Source of the DNA: Tubiluchus corallicola
Taxonomy: Eukaryota; Animalia; Priapulida
DNA: 40,033 nucleotides
Reading direction: 5' to 3'
Assembly (NCBI GenBank): GCA_030141605.1
Contig: JAQGDQ010001459.1
Span: 1 to 40,033 of the forward strand
The position numbers and the translations under genes are program-made. The notes beneath the pieces are model-generated. The model was given only the letters and a program-made list of their open reading frames with translations. It had not been told where the DNA came from and ran no database searches. Positions 25,846-36,754 of the stretch are shown here, in pieces. Every line of letters begins with the position of its first letter. Position 1 is the first letter of the stretch.

Positions 25846-26323
25846 CGACAACCGCCCTGCATGTAAAACGACGAGTTTACCATCCAGTAATCGCCTCGTA
25901 AAATCTCCTTTATGGAGGGGAATTTATTTGTTAGAAATCTGTTCGAAATTGCCCCCAGTCACGTGACGATGACGTCACCAGGCAGCAACAGGCCTTGTTT
26001 TCTTTCGGGAAATTTGTAAACGATGCTGTCGGGAGCGTAAATATTTTGTTTGTGTGGAATCCGCTGCATGGCTTCTGAAGTAACAGCGCTAGACTTTTAC
26101 CGTACTGTTTTGGCCAGAATTTTTAAAAAAATTACCCCACTTACCTTCAAGTGCCCGCCCCCTCACAAACTGCATTGTTCTATTTTCTTACTGTGCTCCA
26201 TTCTTAACTTTGCCATTAGCTTCCACGCTAAATTGTTCGGCAGTTTGGCTAACTTTAGACATATTTTAATTCGGGTGGGTGCTGTCTTTAAAGGACTTTG
26301 TCGAAACTTTTGTTACCATTTGA

Positions 26324-26880
26324 AGGAAGACTGGATGATTTTTCATACACTACCTCATTTTCAAAACCGATAAAAAGTATATATTTTAACACAATTAATA
26401 CAGCAAAAGCTTTTCTGATGATTAAATAATAGATTAAAAACTTAAGTAACGGCGGGCGAGCCCAACTGTTGATGACATCACAAACTATCATAATTTTTAA
26501 AAGCAAAAATGTTCCACGAGCGTGTTGCACGTGTTTGTGAAAGCGAAAATTGAAGTACAGTGCTACTGTAAGATATTCAGTGTGTTTTACTAAAACTAGG
26601 CAAGTTTTAAGATAAAAAATCAAATTTACCGCTCTGCTCACACATGAGCTGTCGAACGTGTGTAGCTCGCCACGAAATAACACATCTGAAGAGGTGCAGC
26701 ACCTATTTTTGTGCAATGCGTTTCCAAAATGCAGGTGCTAGAGTCCGTCTAACTAGCGAAGAACTAGTGATGCAAACGTGAAATTGTATTTGTGTGGTTA
26801 TAATTCTTACACGTAAGTCATTTTTGAAAAAATAGTATGTTTCCTTTCAATATTTTAAAGAGTAGATTGTTTTGACCTAC
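26324..26880 (-). mobile_element. Non-autonomous DNA transposon family D, copy 1 (probably Kolobok-like)
   Basis: Reverse-complement homologue of 34406-35009 along its length; begins TTGA|AGGAAGAC. Strand assignment is relative. Confidence 0.75.
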
Positions 26881-27081
26881 AGAAACTTTTAGTGACGTAG
26901 GTTTTTAGCTTTTTGTTTCATTAATGGCATCCTAGCTTCTTACATTTCGAAAAAACTTTTGGTAGCCACTTTGTACTGTGTGTGAACAGGCTTTATGAAA
27001 TGTTTTGCAAAGCAAATAGCGCCTCCTATTGCCAAAATGCTTAAATATTTTTGAAGTACTAAAATGTTTTTTCTGTGACAG

Positions 27082-28188
27082 TTGCCAATTCGGACGGTGT
27101 ACATTGATGGTAATCCTGGAAAAAACCACATTTGGAGACCAACAGCATTGAAATTTGACCAATCAAACACTTCTCCTAGTGTGTTGAACACGGCGACCAC
27201 GCCACCTGGTAGTAGTGACGTCATTGTGGAACCTGTGACGCATCAAGGTGCTACTGATGTGGAGGCGCTGGTGTGTGAACCATCACCGCCTCTGCTAACC
27301 TTCGGTTCAAAAAACCAAAAAGCAAAATCTAGTGCCAAAGCCGGTGCAAGAGTAAAACTGGGCATGTCGGCATTGGCGATGAATACTCTCACGCGAGGTC
27401 TCCGTGATGGCGACGTTGATGGCGACGGTGATGACTGCAGTCACTGTAGCCAGGAAGCATTCTGCAGCAACAGGTCAGTTGGAGAGACACCGGAGGTTCT
27501 GGCAAACTGCATGTGCACCACCGGGAAGGAATGCACCTGCAGCACCACGGTGACAACAGTGTCTTCCAGAAATTCTCCCTTTCATCAGGGCTCTCCGTAC
27601 AATTCCAGTGCAAAAACTAACTTTAGTCTTGTTCCGGTGGACTCCATTGATGAACCTCCACATTCACAGAATGATCTGTGCTTCTCCAGTAACATGTATA
27701 GTGATAGTGATTACTCGGTGCCGGTCATCGCCATGCCAGAACCGGTTATAACCAGAAACGGTGGCAAGAAATCGAACAAGAGGGGCAAGAAGAAAAAGAA
27801 GACCCCAATCACCTGTGATAATACATTAGTGAGTGCGTCTTCCGGAGACGGACGGACGTTAACCGGGACCATGCCCAGAGGTGCATCCGGGTCTCGTTCT
27901 CGTAGAGCGAACCCGGTTCCGGGAACCGATACGGAATCGTACCGGTTCGCATCTCCAGATGCGGTTCAGATATACGCGGAGATTGATCCCAAAGACTTTG
28001 GTACCGGTTCTGTACCTAGAAACTATAAGCACGTCGTGAGCAATCCGGTAAAGAAGGCTGCGCTGTACAGAGAGAAGGACTTGTCGTTTTTAGATTACGG
28101 GTCGTTTACGGATTCTTCCAGTATTGCGGATGGGAAGCGGTCAAGCGGAGAGGTTCTTAGAAATCAAGCTAGCAAGGTCTATGTATGA
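27082..28188 (+). CDS. Exon C (last coding exon): 368-aa cytoplasmic tail
   Basis: Acceptor tttttctgtgacag at 27068-27081, phase 0. A 1.1-kb non-repetitive open frame, visibly more GC-rich than its flanks, with stop TGA at 28186-28188. Low-complexity S/T/P/G tail ending ..ASKVYV. Confidence 0.9.
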   Translation: MPIRTVYIDGNPGKNHIWRPTALKFDQSNTSPSVLNTATTPPGSSDVIVEPVTHQGATDVEALVCEPSPPLLTFGSKNQKAKSSAKAGARVKLGMSALAMNTLTRGLRDGDVDGDGDDCSHCSQEAFCSNRSVGETPEVLANCMCTTGKECTCSTTVTTVSSRNSPFHQGSPYNSSAKTNFSLVPVDSIDEPPHSQNDLCFSSNMYSDSDYSVPVIAMPEPVITRNGGKKSNKRGKKKKKTPITCDNTLVSASSGDGRTLTGTMPRGASGSRSRRANPVPGTDTESYRFASPDAVQIYAEIDPKDFGTGSVPRNYKHVVSNPVKKAALYREKDLSFLDYGSFTDSSSIADGKRSSGEVLRNQASKVYV

Positions 28189-28362
28189 TTGAAGTTGATG
28201 ACAGAAGAAGACGTCGGGTAAGTGATTAATGCTTTTACTTCTGTTAAGTAGATTTACGTTTAACTTCACATATTTTACGCACGTTTATCGACTTCACAAC
28301 GCCATCTTTTTGCTTTAAAGGAAAACAGCACAATTTTTCACATCCAGCGCCATTTTGAAGTA

Positions 28363-28664
28363 CAGTAAGTCTTCGCTTAACAATGCTAAACGCGGTGTTA
28401 AACGAAACGCCGTTAAACGAAACGTCATTAAACGGAACATCGTTAAACGAAACCAAAACTTCCATAGAAAGTAATGTAAAGAAATGAGATACGTTCCAGA
28501 GGCAAAAATCAGTGCTGCTTAAATCTTTTAAAGTCAATGCTTTATGAGTTTTTTTATGGGTTCTACTAATTAGTTTCTTTGTGCTTGCTTAAGAGGTGTC
28601 AAATGTTCAGCGTCATTCAAACGAAACGTCAGTAAATGGAGAGTCGTTAAGCGAGGACTTACTG
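28363..28664. mobile_element. Tc1/mariner-superfamily (pogo/Tigger-like) MITE, 302 bp
   Basis: TA|CAGTAAGTCTTCGCTTAAC ... GTTAAGCGAGGACTTACTG|TA: 19-bp TIR with one mismatch and TA TSD. Internal 15-bp repeats GTTAAACGAAACG. Confidence 0.85.
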
Positions 28665-28695
28665 TATGGTAAATCCATACATTATGTGCAATGTC

Positions 28696-28788
28696 AAAGC
28701 GTTTCTGGTAATTAAAAAATAAGTTAAAAATTTAATTAACAGCGGGTGAGACCAACTATTGATGGCATCACAAACTAACATAATTTTA
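28696..28788 (-). mobile_element. Internal fragment of family D
   Basis: Matches about 26405-26497 (GCGGG.GAG.CCAACT.TTGATG.CATCACAAACTA.CATAATTTT). Confidence 0.65.
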
Positions 28789-30588
28789 TGTACTAACATA
28801 AACGTACATAAAATTAATAATTAATATTTTCCTGTGCTTCTAAACTGTTCTGAAGTAGATTTCAGTGAGCAATGAGCCTTTTGTAGCTAACTATCGTTGA
28901 TTGTTACTGTGCTATAAATCTGCACATGTTCAAGCTAAATAATCACATTGTGTAAATAATTACTAAACTTTAATCAAGTAAACATTTTCAACGTGAACAG
29001 GCTTAACATTCCCATCTTTATGGCATTTATAAAGAATTTCGAATACTCAAAACATCACTCAGCTGGTGCTTTTTGAAGCAATTCTCTGGTGTCCTGCTGC
29101 CAAGGCTATTGCGCATGCGCATTGGACATTATCAACGTCTTGTACATTATCTGTAGCTCAATCAGCGTGAATGTACATTAAATAACTCATATTTAAACAG
29201 ACAAGCTCTCTGACTGCTAGAGTGTATTGTGTCTCTAATAATCTGCCCAGTATAATCATGTTTAGAAGATTAGATTTGACATAGAGAGTGCTTCAACGTA
29301 CCGTGTGCATAATGATGACGGCGATCACGTGATCAACTAAACACAAGCTGCCTGATCAAACCTTTTGCAGTGTGTTAGAAAATCCAAGGATTTAATTGTT
29401 TATTAGGCATGTCAGAGCTTGGCTTCACAAAATTTCATAGAAACATTCGTAAGATCGTGGAGTTATACGTACTAGTATATTATTATGAGGTTTGACAAAA
29501 GTAATGCAATACTCTGCCTGGCCAGTAAGCAGATGCATGACCAGTGAGTGTTGTTTCACCTGCCCTACAGCCTCGTATGTTTACTTCATACAAGGGGGAC
29601 GTATTCAGATTCGAAAATGGTTAAGATACATCTGCTAGTTTCTCTGGATCACAACAGAGAATTGTCTCTAACAACAAAGCAGATACCGGTCCTGCTGCAA
29701 GCATGCACATTAAGCAGGTCGTGCTTCTGGGTGTTTGATTCAAGGTTACACGGTGTTGAACTGTGTGAAAAACCAGAGCATTTATAGATTAGCATCCTCT
29801 GCCTGCTGGTACTTTTCTTCAGCTTCTTCCTGGTACGTCCTGATTTCTGGACGCTGAAAAGCTTATCGATGCCGCGGAATAACAGCTCTTAATGGAAGAT
29901 GTTTGTCTGCAGAAAAAAGGACATCGCACATCAATAGATGTCTTGGCCATTAAAGTTTGTCATTTAATAGAGTCGCAAAGCTCTTGTTGCATAACCTCCA
30001 GTGTTAACTCTCAGTCGTCCACTTTGGAGAGAAAGTGGGAGCCAAGCCCGGTAATAAGTTCAACTTGGGCTTGTTTGGAAACAGATTTCGGTATTGAGGG
30101 GACTGTTGCAGCAATAATCCTTTTCTCAGTTCCAGCGGTTGATTTGTGATCGTGAAAAGGTCAAAGGTTAAGTCTACCAGACAATGCATTTGTGTACACT
30201 TGACAATGCCTCGCAGCCCATGGTATTGTAATAATAACAGTTGAACAACTAGCTAGAACCTTACCTAGTTCATTTTTTCTTGTTCCCAAGCAAGATCCTA
30301 CTAGTAAATCACTTTATGCACAGACTAATGCATAATTAGGTTACTTCCACGTAAAACAACTGAACTTTTTGAACTGATGCGGCAAACGATTTTGTTTTAC
30401 CCAAATGTCAAGTGACAGTTATAGTTAAGACTTTGAAAGACTTACGTAACTGGAAGAGAAAATTCTTAGTTACGTATTTAAAATGTTCGCGTCACCTGGT
30501 CAAACGACGCTGTTTCACTATCCCAGTGTGCACCAGTGATTCACTAAACACAAGATAGAGTCAATTAAACTTTTGCTTAGCCAGGGAA

Positions 30589-30811
30589 GTGTGCGCTGCG
30601 AATGCTCTGATTATTTTTCAAACTTTACACGATTATTGCATAAACTTATTTCAAATGAGTTACCGTTAAAATGGCATTTAAATTTACAAGTTTTATACAG
30701 GGTTACAGCTAAGGCAAGCCCTACGTGCAATAAGATAGCATGTAGGTGATCTAAAATTTTAAGACGAAATTTTTAGCTTTATGTAAGTAAATGATTTTCT
30801 TGTGCTTTAAG
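30589..30811 (+). repeat. Dispersed repeat family A, copy 2
   Basis: Similarity to 561-785. Confidence 0.8.
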
Positions 30812-30906
30812 GATGTTATTTCATTTGGCTTCGAATCTATAATTATACTTATTAAGGATAACTCTAATTTCTGAAAAGTTCTAATTAAATCATTTTAATT
30901 TGTGTC

Positions 30907-30907
<1 letters not shown>

Positions 30908-30961
<54 letters not shown>

Positions 30962-31220
30962 GTAATAATAATAACAATAATCTTTATTTAAAGTCGGCTT
31001 TTGGGTCAACAATTAACATTAGCTCAAAGAGTTATTATCGCCGACTGTAAATAACAACCTACAACTACATAAGAGACACTATTATTACCTCACTTTTACC
31101 CTAAATACCACGCAGGGCAAAGCGGTACCATTTTTAAAGTCTTTGGTATGACCCGGCCGCTGGTTCGAACTCACGACCTCCCAAACGGAAAGCAGACGCA
31201 TTACCACTAGACTAAACTGT
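30908..31220 (-). mobile_element. tRNA-derived SINE with (TTA)n tail
   Basis: Minus strand: A box TAGTCTAGTGG, B box GAGTTCGAACC, then GGGTCATACCAAAGACTTTAAAAATGGTACC, which resembles the conserved core of widespread metazoan SINEs (from memory). (AAT)n at 30908-30980 sits at the 3' end. Confidence 0.75.
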
Positions 31221-31621
31221 CTGGTCAAAGTTCATTTTTGAATCGAGGTTTAAAGGGGTGATGAGGGTTGAAAACTTTATTCGGTAGGTAAAGGGTTGAA
31301 GTCAGTTTCTTGATTTATATAAGTAATAAAAAGCTGATGTGTGATGAATTATATATCTGCTTCTAGTGTAAACACAAACTTTTGCAAAGACGTCAAAATG
31401 AAGACGATGAAAGCCAGGCTGCACCAATCGATAAGGAAATTTGAATGACAGTCAGAGTATCTTTAGTGTTTGGTTTATGAAAATGCAGGTTTGAAGAACT
31501 GAAAATGAGGAAGCCATACTAAGAGTGACGAAATAACTAATTTATTTTGATTTTGCATTGCAATGAGACTACGTATATGGCTCTCCAACGTGCAAAATAT
31601 GATGAAGAAAACAAAATTTAA

Positions 31622-32004
31622 AGGAAAGGTCAACCCTTTTAGGAAGTCAGGCTTATTTCAATGTTTACGAAAAATGTTAGAAGGATTTAATAATAAAACT
31701 GCAATAAGCGCCTCGTGTAATTAGTAAAATCACTTTAAAGCCACGATCCCTTCATGCTTGGGCGCTCCCATTTTCAAGACCCATTCTTCTTCCAATGACG
31801 TCATTCGTCTTGAAGAAAATCTTCATCAGAAGTATAATGACTTTTTGCAAAAACGTTAGGTAGATAATATCTTTGCACGAACTGCAAAAGTTTGAAATAG
31901 TCTAAACAACGCGCGCTAACGGAAAATCACGATGCGCTTACGAAAAGTCACGAAGTCTACCAGTTACGTCACGATTTCTATGTGAATGGCGGCAACCACC
32001 ACGC
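31622..32004 (-). mobile_element. Kolobok-like MITE family C, copy 3 (inverted, truncated)
   Basis: TTAA|AGGAAAGGTCAA terminus; reverse complement of about 4985-5448; the other end is missing. Confidence 0.8.
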
Positions 32005-32359
32005 AAACTAGAAACAATGAAATGTTTGTCAGTGGAAACAATGGTGTTATTTTTAGACATTGTTTAATCAATAATTACGGGCCCAGCTGGTGGCAATTGC
32101 AATAGCTTGAAACTAATTATGAAATTGCTTCTGAAATTAGCAAGGTATAATTAGGTAATTATTTAAAAAAAGGAAAGTGTTAATTGAAAGCAAGAATATT
32201 AAACAATGTGTTTTCAAGTCAAACTCGTTTATTGTCTGTCAGATCAGCTCCCGCTTGTTCAAAACGTTTTGCGATACGGCAACATAATTTTCTTTTTAGT
32301 TTATTGGAAAACAGAATTTATTAATTTAACTACTTGTCTGTCTGTCGGTTTGATATCCC

Positions 32360-32590
32360 GTTAGTTAGCCAGTCAGTTACTCAGTCAGTTCAGTTCAGTT
32401 CAGTCAGTCAGTCAGTCAGTTCAGTCGGTCGGTTGGTCAGTCGGTCAGTCGGTCGGTCGGTCGGTCGGTCAGTCAGTCAGTCAGTCAGTTAATCTGTTAG
32501 TCAGTTAATCAGTCCGTCAGCCAGTCACTTAGTCAATCAGTCAGTCAATCATTTAGTCAGTTAGTTGGTCAGGCAGTCTATCAGTCAATG
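32360..32590. repeat. Degenerate (CAGT)/(CGGT)n array
   Basis: Direct reading. Confidence 0.9.
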
Positions 32591-33169
32591 CTCAGTTATT
32601 TACGTCAAACATGGGGACGTCACGGGTCACGTGATCAGTTAATTTGCTAGAACAACTCAGCATTTAGTTGCTCCACGCTGTTTTCCAGAAATATCAGGTG
32701 TAAACATGTAATTTAATTATATTAAGCTTATTTCACACTTGAGCGCGTTTTACGCTTCCATAGTTTATGTGTGTCTAGTAAAATTAGAGACAGTTTCAGC
32801 AAAATTTAATTATCTTGCAGAAATGTAAATAACATCTATTTTTTGAGCTTTTCATGGTTTTCGCAAAATCCACAACGTGATTACAGAATTTCACAGAAAG
32901 GCATGCCATTTTCTTAGCAGATTTGAAAAATAGGTTCAAAGGTGATCTATGCATGTCGATTTTGCCTTGTCACCGGTAGATGGCGCATTTTTTCTTCTGA
33001 GCTTCAATTTATAATGACAGACATGCTGCAGATACGGAACATTTTAAAACTAAGTTAGAATAGAATTAAGTAATGAAAATTTTTTTGGTATGTAGCGTGT
33101 TGCTTCGTTGATAATTCTGTATATTTATATAAATATGCTTATGCAAAAAATTAATTATGTAATTAATTA

Positions 33170-33395
33170 CCTTCACAGATTACCAAGTGAAACACTAGTA
33201 AGAAATGGCAAACCAAAAACAACTTGGATAGCTAAGATAAATAAAGATGTTCAACAACTTCAACCAAATCTATCTTTAATAGTAGAAGAACTTGCGCTGC
33301 AGGTAGAAGTGGGTGGAGTACTCTAATAAATGTTGATACCTCAGTGTGAACAATAGCTGGAACGAGACCTTGAAGAAGATGAAGAAGAAGAAGTA
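33170..33395 (+). mobile_element. Short RTE-like LINE 3' remnant with (GAA)n tail
   Basis: GKPKTTWIAKINKD resembles the RTE 'GRPxxTW' motif; GAAGAAGATGAAGAAGAAGAAG tail. Confidence 0.55.
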
Positions 33396-34405
33396 AGAAA
33401 TGGCATTAATTAGTTAAAAGTAAAAGTATTTTGTTTAACCAAATAATTAACTAATTAGTTAAAAATCTTAATTGAAAATTATACAAGAAGCCCTCTATTT
33501 GCAGGGCACAAAAGTACAAAAAATGTTAAATAAGTCTTTACACTATGTACATTAAATAAATTTCTTACTAAACAATCTGACAATTTTGCATTACGATTTA
33601 CTTATTCTAAATATATATCCAATATTTATAATCAATGTATAATCAATTTACGATAAGATCATTTTGGGTTACTTCTTTTACGATATCTATGTACATTTTA
33701 ATTTCATTAGTGTCTCTCTTTCTATAAATGTTTCGAATGTCATTATTTTCTAAGCTGCGTTCGAGATTTACTCTTATATCTTATAACTTTGCACATAACC
33801 AAATAAAATGTACATACCTCCAAAATACCTTACATTAAATTAATATAACCTGCAATGCGCCATCTATCGTTGACAAGACAACATTAATTCGACATCCAAA
33901 TGTCATTAGATCATTATTTTCTCCTGTTTTTCTGACAGTGACATGATTATCTGCTATAAATAAAACAGAAGCTGCTATTGACTTGTTTACGTCATTATTT
34001 TTCCTGTGGTAAGTCGAGTATTTGTGATAATTGCCCTCTATGATCGTAAACAAGCACTAAATTAGGACATAAACCTGCTGAGGATGAATTTATGATTAAC
34101 GTTGAGTCGTAGTGTGGGTGGGCCATGCAGCTTTTTGGACAGGATATCAGCTTAATTCCAGTTATTCTTAAAGCTTTGCAGCTTTGTGTTGATAATCAAA
34201 CTAATCAAACAAGTTTAATTCGATCTTTTGTGCCTTGATGAGCCACAATCTGTTAGCTAACTGTCATTATGTTGTACTGTCAAAATGTTTTACCACGTGA
34301 TAAAACACGTTGCACGAAGGAGGTAGTTCTCTTGCTTTATCACTTAGAGTAGCCAGATCAGTCAATTCACTATAGAGCAGGAAATAATTGAATTTTATTG
34401 CTTAA

Positions 34406-35009
34406 AGCAAAACCCAATCTTAAACTGCATGTCAAAACAATTTACTCTTTAAAATATTGAAAGGGAACATGCTAGTTTTTCAAAAATGACTTACGTGAAA
34501 GAATTATTACCACACAAACATAATTTCACGTTCGCCCCACTAGTTCTTCATGAATTTTGCCATTCGCTAGTTAGACGGGCACTGGCGCCTGCCTTTCGGA
34601 AACGCATTGCACAAAAACAGGTGCTGTATCTCTCAGTTCAGATGTGTGTGTTCGTTTGTGACGAACTGCACACGTTCGACAGCTCATGCGTGAGCACAGC
34701 GGTAAATTTGAAATTCAAATTCTCATCTTAACATTTACCTAGTTTAGTACAACATACTGAATAGCTTACAGTAGCACTGTACTTCAATTTTCGCTTTCAC
34801 AAACACGTGCAACACGCTAGTGGAATATTTTTGCTGTTGAAAATTATGTTAGTTTGTGATGTCATCAATAGCTGGGCTCGTACGCCCTTAATTAAGTTTT
34901 TAATTTATTTAGTTATCAGAAACGCTTTTGCAGTATTGATTGTGTTAAAATGTATAACTTTATCGTATTTGAAAATGGTGCAGTATATGAAAAATCAGTT
35001 TGTCTTCCT
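34406..35009 (+). mobile_element. Non-autonomous DNA transposon family D, copy 2 (604 bp, TTAA-flanked)
   Basis: TTAA|AGCAAAAC ... GTCTTCCT|TTAA; homologous to 26324-26880 in the opposite orientation. Confidence 0.75.
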
Positions 35010-35596
35010 TTAATCAAAAAAGCAGGCTCCCTTGCGAGTGGGTGTGGTTTGAAAGATATGTGATATACGTCATCAGGTTCGACTCCCCGAAGGTTTCAAT
35101 TTTTGTCCTGTTCGAAGCACTTACAAGTTGCATTTTGAAGATTTCCGTGTCTTGCCTTCAAATTTAACGTCCTTTTCGAATCCTATTTTAACGTCCTGTT
35201 TCGAAGCTTTGCACGTCAGATTTTCAAAGACGTTGTGCGTCCTGTTTTGTCAGAATTCAAAGATTTCCTGCTAAAACGTCTACTTTTCATGAGTCGTCTG
35301 TTTGTTGCAACAATGTTTCATCATTAAGTGACATGGAAGTCGTCCATTGCTTATTTTTTCTGACCACGTTTATTTCTGACCACTTGGTCTTGTCACGTGA
35401 CCTACTTAACTGTGGTGTGACATTTATCGCCACTTGCCAGATTAAATGTGGGTCAGTCACTTTAAGAAAGACACAAGAGCATATTTGGGCGATATTTAAA
35501 GACCAAATTAAGTGTACAAAATGATGTAAAGCTTTTAAAACGGTTGCAATTTGGTGAGTTTAATCACTTGTGGCGCTGCAGTCGTGCAACTCATTG

Positions 35597-36124
35597 CAGT
35601 GGCGGCTCGTGCGTAGGTACTGTAGAACTGCAGCACCTCCCCCCCTATTTTCAGTCAATATTATCGATAATGTTCAATATAATAGTCTTTTTCTTTAGTA
35701 CTTTCTTTATACTTGCACGGAACCAGAGCACGTGAGGGTAGTACTGTTTGCTTCACAGCTCAGCACAGGGTGTGTTTGGCTGTTGTACGTATGCTGCCAT
35801 GTGCAGATGCATTGCTAGCGTCTGCTGTTAGGTAGAGAAAGTACTGTCGCTCACACAGTTTGTTGTCAGTTGTCACGTACTTGCCGTGAATGGATCGAGC
35901 TCGAACTGCCACAGTTTATGCTATTAATAAGCATTTTTTCTTTACGATTTTGATAAGTTTATGTATAAACTTTCATATGTTTGTTTGCTTGTTTGTTTGA
36001 AATTACGATTACAAATTACAACATTAAAATTACATATGTTTGTTTTGTTTTACACAGTACTGAAACAATAGCTAAAATTTTCTGAAGCAGCACCCCCACT
36101 TATTTTAGGTACGAGCCGCCACTG
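35597..36124 (+). mobile_element. MITE family E, copy 2 (hAT/P-like TIR)
   Basis: Perfect 14-bp TIR CAGTGGCGGCTCGT / ACGAGCCGCCACTG; flanks CTCATTG / TTCATTG; subterminal GCAGCACC at both ends. Confidence 0.85.
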
Positions 36125-36754
36125 TTCATTGTCCTTAAAGTTAGACCCAGTAGCAGGGGGAAAACGTGGTGCAAGTAAAGACATGTCTTATAACCGCTCT
36201 TCCTCCCAATTAGAAGAGGGGAAAAGGAAGTGGTTGTTTAATTGGGCAGCGTCCACACGCTGGCTTCATTACCGGAGAGAGAAGTTTGCTTACGAAGCTG
36301 CTGCCAATTTGTATTTCAGTTAACTCTTTGCTTACGGGTGCTGTGTGAAGGGTATGGAGTGAAAACACGAAGCAATTAGAGGGTGTTGGGGGATTGGAAA
36401 ATTCTGGTTGAGGAAATAACGAGAAAATTGAGATGGTACCGAGAGGGAAAGTGATTAAGGATGAGAAAATGGAGCGAGAAGAAAGGGAAGGAATGTAGAT
36501 GAAGCAAGAGAGAAGTAAAAAAGTAAAAAGTATGATAAAAGTAAGCAATAGCTGCGTTGAGGAGACGAAATCAAGCAAAGGGAGGGGGTGACAAAGGAAA
36601 GGGAAAATGAGGGACTGACCGTTACACAAGTTTCATACAGCCTTAAGTTTGTTTTAGATAAGGCTGTATGAAACTTGTAAATTTGAAACTTCAACGATAA
36701 CCTTTAAGTACAGTGGAATTTTAAGTATACAAGTTTCATACAGTCTTAAGTTTG

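Noticed and set aside
24801-25966. Long ORFs of 248-343 aa (LALPTGFLGSPYWLPW repeats)
   Set aside because: Artefact of a stop-free 22-bp unit; the same peptide appears in all three frames.
26288-26716. 142-aa ORF with similar peptides at 34486-35013
   Set aside because: The similarity reflects two copies of MITE family D; frames are not conserved and there are no transposase motifs.
27900-28010. Clustered CCGGTTC/GAACC palindromic words in exon C as a structured RNA element
   Set aside because: The stems are short and explicable by Pro/Gly/Thr codon usage; no covariation evidence is available.
31130-31220. Functional tRNA gene
   Set aside because: A and B boxes are present, but there is no closed acceptor stem and the sequence continues into a SINE-like body. 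The same applies to 12460-12527 and the lone B-box near 35077.
36210-36629. 139-aa hydrophobic minus-strand ORF
   Set aside because: Derived from a low-complexity purine-rich tract; no splice signals or motifs support it.
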